Part shown: piece by piece, positions 55,493-64,000 of the stretch
Numbering within the stretch: the stretch's first letter is position 1
Layout: each line of letters begins with the position of its first letter
Assembly (NCBI GenBank): GCA_050949565.1
Contig: JBMNFY010000017.1
Span: 512,001-576,000 of the forward strand
From: Kiritimatiellia bacterium
GTDB lineage: Bacteria; Verrucomicrobiota; Kiritimatiellia; RFP12; UBA1067
DNA: 64,000 bases
Direction: 5' to 3'
Translations under genes and position numbers: made by a program
The notes under the pieces: model-generated
Databases searched by the model: none
Told to the model about the DNA's origin: nothing
Seen by the model: only the letters and a program-made list of their open reading frames with translations

Positions 55493-56518
55493 ATGAAAAT
55501 CGTTACTTTTGGCGAAATCATGATGCGCCTTAATCCAGAGGGTTACCGTCGGTTCACGCAAGCGGACAAGTTTGAGGTGAGTTATGCGGGCGGCGAGGTG
55601 AACGTTGCCGTGTCGCTTGCGAACTACGGCATGGAGGTGTCCTTCGTGACGAAACTCCCTGAGAATCCGCTGGGCGAGGCGGCACGGAATGCCGTGCGCC
55701 ATTTCGGCGTTGAAACGAAGGATATCGTCTGGGGCGGCCCTCGGCTCGGCACCTATTTTGTGGAAAAGGGGGCTTCGCAGCGTGCGTCGAAGGTCGTTTA
55801 TGATCGCGCCGGATCATCGATTGCGCTCGCGAAACGCACGGACTTCGATTGGGCGAAAATCCTGCGGGGCGTAAAATGGTTTCACTTTACCGGCATCACG
55901 CCCGCGCTTGGTGGCGAGTTACCTGCGATCTGTCTGGATGCGCTTGAGTATTGCAAGGCGCACAAGATTACGGTTTCCTGCGACCTCAATTATCGCGGCA
56001 AGCTTTGGACCAGGGCTGAGGCTAAAGCATGCATGGCGAAGCTCGTTCCGTATGTCGATGTCCTCATTGCAAACGAGGCGGACGCGGCGGATGTTTTTGG
56101 GATCGTCGGCAAGGGCACCGATGTCGAGGGCGGAAAACTCGACAAGGCGGGGTATGTCTCTGTCGCCGAGCAGTTGGTGGAGCGTTTTGGCGTGAAGAAA
56201 GTGGCGATCACGCTCCGCACTTCGCTTTCCGCCTCTGACAACCTATGGGCGGGTGTGCTTTACGACGCAAAGACGAGAGAGCCCGTGTTTTCGACAGAAT
56301 ACAAACTCCACATCGTCGACCGCGTCGGCGGCGGGGACAGCTTTGGCGGGGGACTCATCTATGCGCTTGTTACGGGCAAGAACCCGCAGGCGGCGATTGA
56401 TTTCGCAGTTGCGGCAAGCGCCCTTAAACACTCAATCGAGCACGACTTCAATCTTGTTTCCGTCAAAGAAGTGGAGGCACTGGCCGCAGGCGGCGGAACA
56501 GGACGCATTCAGCGGTAA
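55493..56518 (+). CDS. kdgK: 2-keto-3-deoxygluconate kinase (PfkB family)
   Basis: FGEIMMRL, GGEVNVA, VVYDRAGS, DLNYRGKLW, DRVGGGDSF, TGRIQR. Confidence 0.92.
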   Translation: MKIVTFGEIMMRLNPEGYRRFTQADKFEVSYAGGEVNVAVSLANYGMEVSFVTKLPENPLGEAARNAVRHFGVETKDIVWGGPRLGTYFVEKGASQRASKVVYDRAGSSIALAKRTDFDWAKILRGVKWFHFTGITPALGGELPAICLDALEYCKAHKITVSCDLNYRGKLWTRAEAKACMAKLVPYVDVLIANEADAADVFGIVGKGTDVEGGKLDKAGYVSVAEQLVERFGVKKVAITLRTSLSASDNLWAGVLYDAKTREPVFSTEYKLHIVDRVGGGDSFGGGLIYALVTGKNPQAAIDFAVAASALKHSIEHDFNLVSVKEVEALAAGGGTGRIQR

Positions 56519-56550
56519 GAGGGCGTGATACGCGGCACCTTTTTTAGACG

Positions 56551-56645
56551 TGAAGCTTCATGTATGCCGTGACCAGCCTGCGCGCTCTGCTTGTCGCATG
56601 GTTGGGTTAGGTCTCTCCTAACCATGAAACACATGGTATGAGCTA
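56551..56645. repeat. Scar cluster: degenerate motif, 38-bp copy of the NRAMP gene 3' end, and a collapsed element footprint
   Basis: 56566-56603 matches 54755-54792 at 33/38 nt; 56620-56635 is a partial motif AACCATGAAACACATG. Confidence 0.8.
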
Positions 56646-57404
56646 TCACGTGAAGCGGGCCGTGATCTGCGCGAGCGCGTCATGTACCGGATCGCTGGGT
56701 GCGCGGCCGCTCCGAGTCGCGGCGGCGGTCGCGGCATCAAACGCCGTCAGCGCGTCCGCCATACTCCAAGAAATGTGCGCGTGCATCCAGCGAGCCGCAG
56801 CGCTCGGGTCGCCGCGCCGTATCGCACGCTCGACCTCGGCATGCTGACGCCACGCCCAGGCAACGTGGCGCAAGTCGCGCTTGTGGCTGTACTGGCCGAA
56901 GAAGAGATTACGCTGGTAGACGTTGGTTACGATCTTGATGGCCAAGTGGTTGCCGGCCGCTTTGAGCAACAGCAAATGGAACGAGAGGTCTGCCGTGAGA
57001 AATGTAACCAGCGGTCGGCCCTCCAGCAGCGGACGACGCCGCGTACGCAGACTGACAGCCATCGCATGCATCGTCTCGCACGCCTTGCGCAATTCATCGC
57101 GGTTGGCTTTGGTGAGGTTCCGCACCGCACGTTCCATGGCGAAGGTCTCAAGTGCCATCCGCACTTCAAAGGCATCGATGAGCTGACGCCGGTCCGGCCG
57201 CGCGACATACGTGCCGCTGGACGGGATCTGATAGAGCAGCCCCTCCTCCGTCAGCCGACGCACCGCCTCGCGCACCGGCGTACGGCTAATCCCGCACTCG
57301 GCAGCAATCGTCTGCTCGGAGAGCTTTTGCCCTGCCACCAGTTCGCCACTCACCAATTTCTTGCTGATGTGCCGATAGGCGACATCACTCAACGTTTCAC
57401 CCAC
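56646..57404 (-). CDS. GntR family transcriptional regulator (FadR/FCD subfamily)
   Basis: GQKLSEQTIA..GISRTPVREA HTH; VRMALE, DLSFH, HAEV..AI, MHAHI FCD motifs. Confidence 0.92.
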   Translation of the reverse strand: MGETLSDVAYRHISKKLVSGELVAGQKLSEQTIAAECGISRTPVREAVRRLTEEGLLYQIPSSGTYVARPDRRQLIDAFEVRMALETFAMERAVRNLTKANRDELRKACETMHAMAVSLRTRRRPLLEGRPLVTFLTADLSFHLLLLKAAGNHLAIKIVTNVYQRNLFFGQYSHKRDLRHVAWAWRQHAEVERAIRRGDPSAAARWMHAHISWSMADALTAFDAATAAATRSGRAPSDPVHDALAQITARFT

Positions 57405-57450
57405 AGTTGCTCCAGCTCCCTCACGATCTTCGCACGTCCTTGCCGCTAAT

Positions 57451-57498
57451 TACATACCGGATGCGTCAAAACGAATACCGGTTTTGCAATACGGTATC
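57451..57498 (-). promoter_or_regulatory. Candidate GntR autoregulatory operator cluster
   Basis: Minus strand carries GATACCGTAT, AAAACCGGTATTC and CCGGTATG, resembling AAAACCGGTATAC at 39893 and 43553. Confidence 0.55.
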
Positions 57499-57542
57499 AA
57501 GTTAGGGCGGACTTGTCAGCAACCGATCACAGACACAACCGA

Positions 57543-59990
57543 TCACTGCACCGGCCAGAGCGAGCGCCAATAGGCTTGGTCGGTGGCGAAAGGATCAAGC
57601 GTGTCTTTTTCTGGGTCGAAGTCTGACGGCAGGATGCCGAAACGCTTCATCTCGCGCACGTATTGCGGATTGGGCCGCCAGCCAGGCGCACCCCAAGGCG
57701 GACGTGCATCGTAAAGCTTCTTGCCGCTCTCGATCGAGGCCAGTATTTTTTTGTAGTCTGGATCGTCAGTGTCTTTGAAGACTTCGCGGGAGCAACGCCC
57801 CACCCCACCCGCCGATTTCGCCAGCGGTGCGAGCAACAGGCTGGAACACGTAGGCCGCGTGTAGTCGACCAGCACGCCGGAGTCGTAAAAACGCGCGGGG
57901 TCGTTCGGCAGGACGATGCGCTCGTGGTTGCCGGTGGGACGCCCCAGTTTTTTCTTCTCTTTGTCGCGCCGCAACCCCCAGTTGAGGGGGAAGCCCGAGA
58001 TATTTTGCTCTTCGGTGTTTTTGTGGCACTCCACACAGCGGCGTTTGAAGACGTCGCGACACTCGCCGAAGATTTTGTTGCCCGCGTGGCCGTAGTAGCG
58101 TTGCTCTTCGGTGTTGCGCACGGCAGCGTAACTGCCGGCGTAAGGGGCGGCGGCCTCGATCCACAGCCAGACCATACGCCACTCACGCGGCGAGACCTTG
58201 ACGTTGTGGTGGTCGCCGGAGAGCCGCGCCAACAGCGGGCTGGCGGAGCTTCCGATTGTGCGTGGCGGACGGTTGCCAAGACCGTTGGCGCCATCCGCGA
58301 CCTGTTGACGGGCCAAAAGCGCAACATATGCATTTGAGAAGCGCGGTGCCAGAGCAGCCGCCAGATTGAGCGTACCGGCGCGCTTTTGCGGATTGTGGCA
58401 GGTCACGCAATGGCGGTCCAGAATCGGCTGGATGTCACGCTGGAAGTCCGGCACGTCCGGGAAGCCTTCGAACGGCTGGATGACGGACGGTGGCCGTTTC
58501 AGAGCAAGTGGCGTAGGCTGGTCGCGGCGGGCATCGGCAGCGCTGGAGCGCGTCTCATGGCAGCCGATGCAGGTGAAGGTCTCGCCGGGCATAAGGTCGG
58601 CAAAGCTGTGCATGCGCTTGACCGAGAGGTCGTTGGCATCGAGTGCAACGAAGAAGAGCGGACGTCCAGCAGGCGCAAGAAACGAGGCGCTGCCGTCCTC
58701 TTCGACCGGCACGATCCCCAGCACCCGCTCAAGGTTGAAGGTGCCGAGCCACGAGGTCAGATCCATGCCGCCGCTGAAGTTGACAGGCTTGGGTAGCGGC
58801 TCGATCACGAGCAGTTTCTTGATGTCGCCACGCTTGACGCCTTCCATATTGCGGCCTTGGTAGACGTCGATCAGTATAAATTGCCCGGTGGGCTTACCAG
58901 AGACCACGCGCGAAGGGATGACCGGTTCACGCGGGCGTGGACGCAGCACACGCGGCTCGTGAACCGGCGTGGCGGGATCGGTCAGGATGGTCTCCTCTTT
59001 GCCGTCGCGCGTCAGGAAGGCGATCGACTTCCCCTTGGCTACCAGAAACAAGTCACGCGTGACGGGGAAGGGGTCGCGGATGCGTCCGGTGTGCTTGATG
59101 CGTACGGCGGCCTCCTTCTCGTCCGGCCCCTGCTTCTGTGAGACAAGCGTGGCAAACCCTTCGTGCTCGTTGACACCGTGGCCGGGCGAGAAACTGGCGA
59201 TCACCTCTTGGGTGCCAGGGATCGGCAGGGCGTCGATCATCACGATCCATGAGTGCATGTTGCCGAAGTAGACATTAACGCCGGTACCATCCGGGTTCAT
59301 TGTCCAGAGGTGGTGGTACTCCACCTGCGAGCGATCGATATACTCCCATCGCGTGTATAGGATGCGGCCGTCCGGCAGCACCGCCGGCGTGTTGTCGTGT
59401 TCGATGTTGGCGGAAACACACTGCATGTCAGAGCCGTCGGGCCGACAACGGTACATCGTGCCGACTTGGGTATACCAACAGCCCACCCAACGCTTGCAGC
59501 GCGTCGTGATAAACAGGATGTCGCCGTCCGGCAGGCGGCATGCCTCGTAGTCGTCCCACGGGCCGTCGGTGATTTGCCTGAGGCCTGAGCCATCGGATTG
59601 GATCTCGTATAGATGATAGTGGTCGGTACCGGCGGGCCGGTAAGAGAAGAGGATCGTGCGACCATCGTAGTCGACATGCGGATCACGGATGCTGCCGCCG
59701 CATGCGTCGAAAATCACGCTGTTCTGACGGGTTTTCAGATTATACCGGTACAACACACCAGCATCCGGTTGGCCATTACCCGCGTAGGCTTTCTTGGCCA
59801 CGTCATCACAATAGTGACCGATATTGGCATACCAGTGACCGTCGTCATACCGTGCGCGCGTACAGTAGACGAACTCAGGCGTGTCGCGCATCGGCCCTTC
59901 CAGCGCCTTCTCCACAAGCGCGGCGCGGACACTCGACATACAGCAGGCACAACCCAGCCCTGCAAAAAACACTCCCCATCGTTTCCGCAT
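57543..59990 (-). CDS. Secreted HzsA-like protein: TolB-type propeller, hydrazine-synthase-alpha middle domain, three CxxCH motifs
   Basis: YHLYEI..DGSGLRQIT, DGRILYTRWEY, WTMNPDG, VPVEEDGSA.F..P, CIGCHE, CVTCH, CVECH. Confidence 0.82.
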   Translation of the reverse strand: MRKRWGVFFAGLGCACCMSSVRAALVEKALEGPMRDTPEFVYCTRARYDDGHWYANIGHYCDDVAKKAYAGNGQPDAGVLYRYNLKTRQNSVIFDACGGSIRDPHVDYDGRTILFSYRPAGTDHYHLYEIQSDGSGLRQITDGPWDDYEACRLPDGDILFITTRCKRWVGCWYTQVGTMYRCRPDGSDMQCVSANIEHDNTPAVLPDGRILYTRWEYIDRSQVEYHHLWTMNPDGTGVNVYFGNMHSWIVMIDALPIPGTQEVIASFSPGHGVNEHEGFATLVSQKQGPDEKEAAVRIKHTGRIRDPFPVTRDLFLVAKGKSIAFLTRDGKEETILTDPATPVHEPRVLRPRPREPVIPSRVVSGKPTGQFILIDVYQGRNMEGVKRGDIKKLLVIEPLPKPVNFSGGMDLTSWLGTFNLERVLGIVPVEEDGSASFLAPAGRPLFFVALDANDLSVKRMHSFADLMPGETFTCIGCHETRSSAADARRDQPTPLALKRPPSVIQPFEGFPDVPDFQRDIQPILDRHCVTCHNPQKRAGTLNLAAALAPRFSNAYVALLARQQVADGANGLGNRPPRTIGSSASPLLARLSGDHHNVKVSPREWRMVWLWIEAAAPYAGSYAAVRNTEEQRYYGHAGNKIFGECRDVFKRRCVECHKNTEEQNISGFPLNWGLRRDKEKKKLGRPTGNHERIVLPNDPARFYDSGVLVDYTRPTCSSLLLAPLAKSAGGVGRCSREVFKDTDDPDYKKILASIESGKKLYDARPPWGAPGWRPNPQYVREMKRFGILPSDFDPEKDTLDPFATDQAYWRSLWPVQ

Positions 59991-60038
59991 CGCTACCCCC
60001 TTTCAGGCCCCCCGGCTCGACGCAGCCGAAGCGCCCCG

Positions 60039-60881
60039 TTATTCCTTGTGCACATCCACACGCGTCGCCCCGCCGCGCTCATAGGGCGGCGGACTCACCA
60101 CCGCTTTGCCGTCATCCGGCGGCGGCTCACTGGGCCTTGCCCTGCCGAAAAAAGAGAACCCCGCGAACGGCGGACGCTGTTGCGCCGCCGCCTCTTCCAT
60201 CAGCACCATCCGGTACTCGCGATCGGCTGCGGTGTAGATGAAGTAGGCGATCAACAGGCGGGTCAGCATATAGCCCTCGAATCGATGCGTCAGGAAGGAG
60301 AACAGCACCGAGAGCCCCATCAGTATGGCGATGAACCGCCCGATGCGCGAGGCGACCCATGTGGCCCGCAGGCGTGTCATGAAAAACTGCTGCAAGAAGG
60401 CGCGCAGGATGCGTCCGCCGTCCATCGGGAACGCCGGCAGCAGGTTGAAAAAGCAGAGCGAGAGGTTGATCACCCCGAGATAGAAAAAGAGGCCAGGACT
60501 ATAGCCCGCCGACGTCGACACAGACATCGGATCGATATGCAACAACGACACCGCAGCCAGGCAGAGCGCACCGATCAACGCGCTCACCAGCGGCCCGGCC
60601 AGTGCCATCAGAAACTCCTGCCACGCCTTGCGCGGCATGTCAATGATGGTCGCGCAGCCCCCGATCAGCATCAGCGTGATGTCACGCACGCGACAGCCGA
60701 ACGCCTGTGCCACCAAGCTGTGGCCGAGTTCGTGCAGGACGATGGACGCCGCCACACCAACGCCGACCGCGATGCCGAATAGCGGGTTGCCGAAGTCGCT
60801 GACCACGAAGAGCAACAACAGGATCAACGACCAGTCAACATAGATCGGAATGTTAGAAACGGTAGCAATTTTGTAAGCCAT
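60039..60881 (-). CDS. Site-2 protease (peptidase M50)
   Basis: HELGH, AGP, FNLLPAFPMDGGR. Confidence 0.92.
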   Translation of the reverse strand: MAYKIATVSNIPIYVDWSLILLLLFVVSDFGNPLFGIAVGVGVAASIVLHELGHSLVAQAFGCRVRDITLMLIGGCATIIDMPRKAWQEFLMALAGPLVSALIGALCLAAVSLLHIDPMSVSTSAGYSPGLFFYLGVINLSLCFFNLLPAFPMDGGRILRAFLQQFFMTRLRATWVASRIGRFIAILMGLSVLFSFLTHRFEGYMLTRLLIAYFIYTAADREYRMVLMEEAAAQQRPPFAGFSFFGRARPSEPPPDDGKAVVSPPPYERGGATRVDVHKE

Positions 60882-60914
60882 AGCAGAAAAATCCAATCAC
60901 AAAAGGGTATACGC

Positions 60915-61889
60915 TCACAACGTGGTGACCAGCAGACACGCGGCGGCATCAGGCTCCATATGATACACATCGGCAGCCGCCGGCACCAGTGCGCTTTGTC
61001 CGGCTCGCAATAAAACACGCTCGCCGCCGGCCGACACAGCAACCGCGCCGACAGTGACAAACAGGACATGGAACGAAAGGCCGTCCATAGTCACATCGAG
61101 CGGCTCCGCGAGATTCAGCCGACGCACGTTGAAGTAGTCGCAGGCCACCACTTCCGACCAGCCTGCCCCCGCTTGGTCTCCCCCGGCGGGATCGATCATC
61201 TGCGGCGCGGGCAGCGACCAGTCGAGCGTCTTAAACGCTTCCTCGATATGCAGCGTCCGGGGTCGGCCGTCCGCGCCGACGCGATTCCAGTCAAACAGAC
61301 GATAGGTGGTGTTGGAGTTTTGCTGCACCTCATAGATCAAGCACCCCGCGCCGATCGCATGCGCCAGTCCACCGGGAATGAAAAGGGCCTGGCCGGGCTC
61401 GACCGGATGCTCCACAAGCTGCGTTGCGGCCGTACCATCGGCGAGCGACCGCCGCAGCGATTCCGGCGTCATACCTTCCGCCAATCCCGCATAAAGCGTG
61501 GCACCGGGCAAGCGATCCAACACCACCCACATCTCCGTTTTGGGTTCTCCGCCGGTGCGCTCCGCATTCTCGGCGTTCGGATGCACCTGCACACTCAGCC
61601 GGTCGCGCGCGTCGATCACTTTGAAAAGCAGCGGGAAGCGATGCGGGTCAGAAGCACGCGTACCGACCAACGCCGGACCATATTCGGCGCTCAGTTCCGT
61701 GAGCCCGCGTCCCGCGAACGGTCCGGTTGCCACGATACTCTCGCCGTCCGGCCGCGCCGCGATCTCCCACGACTCAGCGCACACCTCCGGCGTATCCGTT
61801 CTGCCATACACGGCAGCCAGACGCTCTCCGCCCCATATATAGTCTCTGTACACCGGCTTGAAAACAAGTGGAACACACAACGCGCTCAT
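60915..61889 (-). CDS. manA: Mannose-6-phosphate isomerase, class I
   Basis: IWGGERL, ESWE, FPLLFK, LSVQVHP, KTEMW, HAIG, EVQQNSNTTYR. Confidence 0.92.
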   Translation of the reverse strand: MSALCVPLVFKPVYRDYIWGGERLAAVYGRTDTPEVCAESWEIAARPDGESIVATGPFAGRGLTELSAEYGPALVGTRASDPHRFPLLFKVIDARDRLSVQVHPNAENAERTGGEPKTEMWVVLDRLPGATLYAGLAEGMTPESLRRSLADGTAATQLVEHPVEPGQALFIPGGLAHAIGAGCLIYEVQQNSNTTYRLFDWNRVGADGRPRTLHIEEAFKTLDWSLPAPQMIDPAGGDQAGAGWSEVVACDYFNVRRLNLAEPLDVTMDGLSFHVLFVTVGAVAVSAGGERVLLRAGQSALVPAAADVYHMEPDAAACLLVTTL

Positions 61890-62002
61890 GACGGTTCAGT
61901 TTATCAGCCCTGAAAGAGCGTTGAAAGTTGAAAGTGTAATCGGTTAGTGACAAGGAGGGTGCGAAGGTCATGAGTTTCTGGTGAAAAGGGGAGCAGAGAG
62001 TC

Positions 62003-62427
62003 GGGCGCGGGCGTCCTCGCCCGCAACAACGTGTCTTGCAAAAGATTGATGCGCAGATTCCCTCGTTGCGGGTTTATTTTTTGACCTGATTGACATAACT
62101 GACCTGATTGACATGATTTGGAGGGCGAGTGTCCCCACGAGCCGCCTTCCGCTATGCGGAAGGATGGTTTCGGGTTTCATTGCGGAGCGCCGAGATGGGC
62201 AAGCGTCTGCTTGCCCGGCGGCGCATGTGCCACCCACTTGAGCGTTGAAAGTTGAGCGTTGAGCGTTGGGCGTTTAATTTTTTGTGCGCGGACGGCGGCT
62301 CGTGAGGACACTCGCCCTCCAGTGCTACGGTCTGGGCTAGCGAAGCACCGTAAAAAATTCCTGCGTCTCTGCGTCTCTGCGTTAAAAAAACTCTCAACGT
62401 TCTGCGGGCGAGGACGCCCGCGCTCCC
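62003..62427. repeat. Nested inverted REP-like mosaic between manA and dnaX
   Basis: Outer pair 62003-62025 / 62403-62427 and inner pair 62119-62146 / 62294-62321, plus GAGCGTT, TTGACCTGA and CGCAGAGA tracts. Confidence 0.85.
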
Positions 62428-62545
62428 GACTGCGCACACCCAAAACACGCGCTCGACTCGCACACCCCTATCACCAACCGATAGCGATCTCGATGCTGAT
62501 TTACCTTTGCTTCATGCGGGGCAAAGGGTAAACTTACGCTCCGTT

Positions 62546-63820
62546 ATGGGATATGAAGTATTAGCTCGTAAGTGGCGCCCCAAGGGGTTTGATGATGTGG
62601 TCGGTCAAGAGCATGTCACGCGCACGCTCAAGAACGCGATTGAAACCGGACGCGTCGCGCACGCCTACCTGTTTGTCGGGCCGCGCGGTATCGGCAAGAC
62701 CTCGCTGGCGCGTATCTTTGCCAAGGCGCTGAATTGCACGAAAGGCCCTACGATCACGCCGTGTAATGAGTGCGACATGTGCCGCGAGATCACAGCCGGC
62801 AACGCGCTGGATGTACTGGAGATCGATGGCGCGTCGAACAACGGCGTGGATCAAGTGCGCGACCTGCGCGACCAAGTCCAGTTCGCCCCGGCCCACGGCA
62901 CCTTCAAGATCATCATCATCGACGAAGTCCACATGCTCACCACCGCTGCTTTCAATGCATTGCTCAAGACGCTGGAAGAGCCGCCGCCGCATGTGAAGTT
63001 CATCTTCGCCACGACCGAGGGCGACAAGATCCTGCCGACCATCATCTCGCGTTGCCAGCGCTTCGACCTGCGCCGCATCCAGACGCCCTTGATCGTCGAG
63101 CGCTTGCGCCACATCTGCACAGCCGAAGGCATCACGATTGATGACGACGCACTGCTGGCAATCGCGCGCGGCGCCGAAGGCGGCATGCGCGACGCGCTCT
63201 CTGCACTGGATCAGCTTATCTCCTTCAGGGGCGACGCCCTCACCGAAGACGACGTGCTGGCGGTTTTCGGACTCGTGTCGCGCCGCTCGCTCGAAGGGCT
63301 CGCCACGGCCGTACTCAAGGGCGACATGCCCGAAATCTTGCGGTTGGTCGGGCTGTTCGACAGCGCCGGCAAAGACATGCGCCGTCTGACCGTGGAACTG
63401 ATGGAGCACTTCCGTCATCTGCTGGTCTACCTGTATGTCGGCGAGGCGATGTCGACGCTCGACGCCACACCCGAACAGATCCGTGCGCTATCCGAACAAG
63501 CGGCATTGGCCGACGCCGTGCGTGTGCATCAGATCGCCGACCAACTCGCTGAAATGGAGGGGCGGTTGCGCTTCGCCCTCTCGGTGCGCACGCTGATCGA
63601 GATGACGCTCATTCGTTGCGCACGTATCGCGACAGCGGTATCGCTCGAAGAGGTTCTGAGCCGCCTGAATGCGTTGCGCTCCGATGAGCCGCCGACCGTC
63701 ACAAGCAAACCCGCCGCGTCTGCGACACGTCCGAACAACATCTACGACGACCCGCTGCTCAAGCAGGTGCTGGAAGAGTTTGACGGCAAGATCGTCAGTA
63801 TTGAAGACGGCGACGACTAA
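62546..63820 (+). CDS. dnaX: DNA polymerase III subunit gamma/tau
   Basis: YEVLARKWRP, GPRGIGKT, Zn cluster, EIDGASN, IIDEVHML, NALLKTLEEPP, SRC. Confidence 0.96.
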   Translation: MGYEVLARKWRPKGFDDVVGQEHVTRTLKNAIETGRVAHAYLFVGPRGIGKTSLARIFAKALNCTKGPTITPCNECDMCREITAGNALDVLEIDGASNNGVDQVRDLRDQVQFAPAHGTFKIIIIDEVHMLTTAAFNALLKTLEEPPPHVKFIFATTEGDKILPTIISRCQRFDLRRIQTPLIVERLRHICTAEGITIDDDALLAIARGAEGGMRDALSALDQLISFRGDALTEDDVLAVFGLVSRRSLEGLATAVLKGDMPEILRLVGLFDSAGKDMRRLTVELMEHFRHLLVYLYVGEAMSTLDATPEQIRALSEQAALADAVRVHQIADQLAEMEGRLRFALSVRTLIEMTLIRCARIATAVSLEEVLSRLNALRSDEPPTVTSKPAASATRPNNIYDDPLLKQVLEEFDGKIVSIEDGDD

Positions 63821-63821
63821 C

Positions 63822-63874
63822 CCGCGCTACGCGCGGAGTTAGAAGGTAGGATTTAGAATTTAGGATTTAGGAGT
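63822..63874. repeat. Palindromic 21-mer plus (TTTAGGA)n tract
   Basis: Same modules as at 80-217, in inverted orientation. Confidence 0.8.
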
Positions 63875-64000
63875 TCGAGTCTCTCGACCAGCGCGTGGCA
63901 CAGGTTGGCTGACACCGCGGATGCGCGCTTCAAAAAGGTTTGGAAGTCCAAGGCACTGTCGCCACTCCCCGGAGCGTCACTCAACGCGCGCAGAATCAGG

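Noticed and set aside
57543-59990. Evidence for anammox metabolism
   Set aside because: HzsA-like domains occur outside anammox bacteria, and no hzsB/C or hydrazine dehydrogenase gene is present here.
62546-63820. Programmed frameshift producing gamma/tau forms of DnaX
   Set aside because: No A-AAA-AAG or poly-A slippery site was seen, and the ORF is short and uninterrupted.
80-63842. 21-bp exact inverted match near both window ends as termini of a 64-kb element
   Set aside because: The enclosed region is full of core housekeeping genes and the 21-mer looks like a dispersed REP-type unit. Its position near the edges is probably coincidental.

Overview
GC-rich bacterial chromosomal segment, probably from a PVC-superphylum Kiritimatiellota/Lentisphaerae-like polysaccharide degrader (inferred from gene content, not verified). 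It carries housekeeping genes (rlmL-like methyltransferase, udk-like kinase, hisI, asd, DAHP synthase, aroE, ilvBN with a leader-peptide attenuator, rplU-rpmA-obgE, etfBA, manA, dnaX). These are interleaved with many exported carbohydrate-active proteins (GH109/Gfo oxidoreductases, DUF1080, GH31, GH5-like, beta-helix proteins, BNR sialidases, LamG proteins, eda/kdgK/GntR). The most striking non-genic structure is a 29-bp triple-CATGAAA motif. In 43-53.5 kb it forms inverted pairs at every gene boundary, enclosing either a GxxExxY PD-(D/E)XK gene (one intact, one frameshifted) or non-coding mosaics of other repeat families. An apparent excision footprint of this element lies at a paralogous site (56620-56645). 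Other highlights: a shared C-terminal G-T-hydrophobic-R tail on three unrelated surface proteins, a low-GC orphan C-terminus plus immunity-like gene array, an L27 lacking the conserved N-terminal HKK, and several deletion-condensed gene relics. All product calls come from motif recognition only; no database searches were run.
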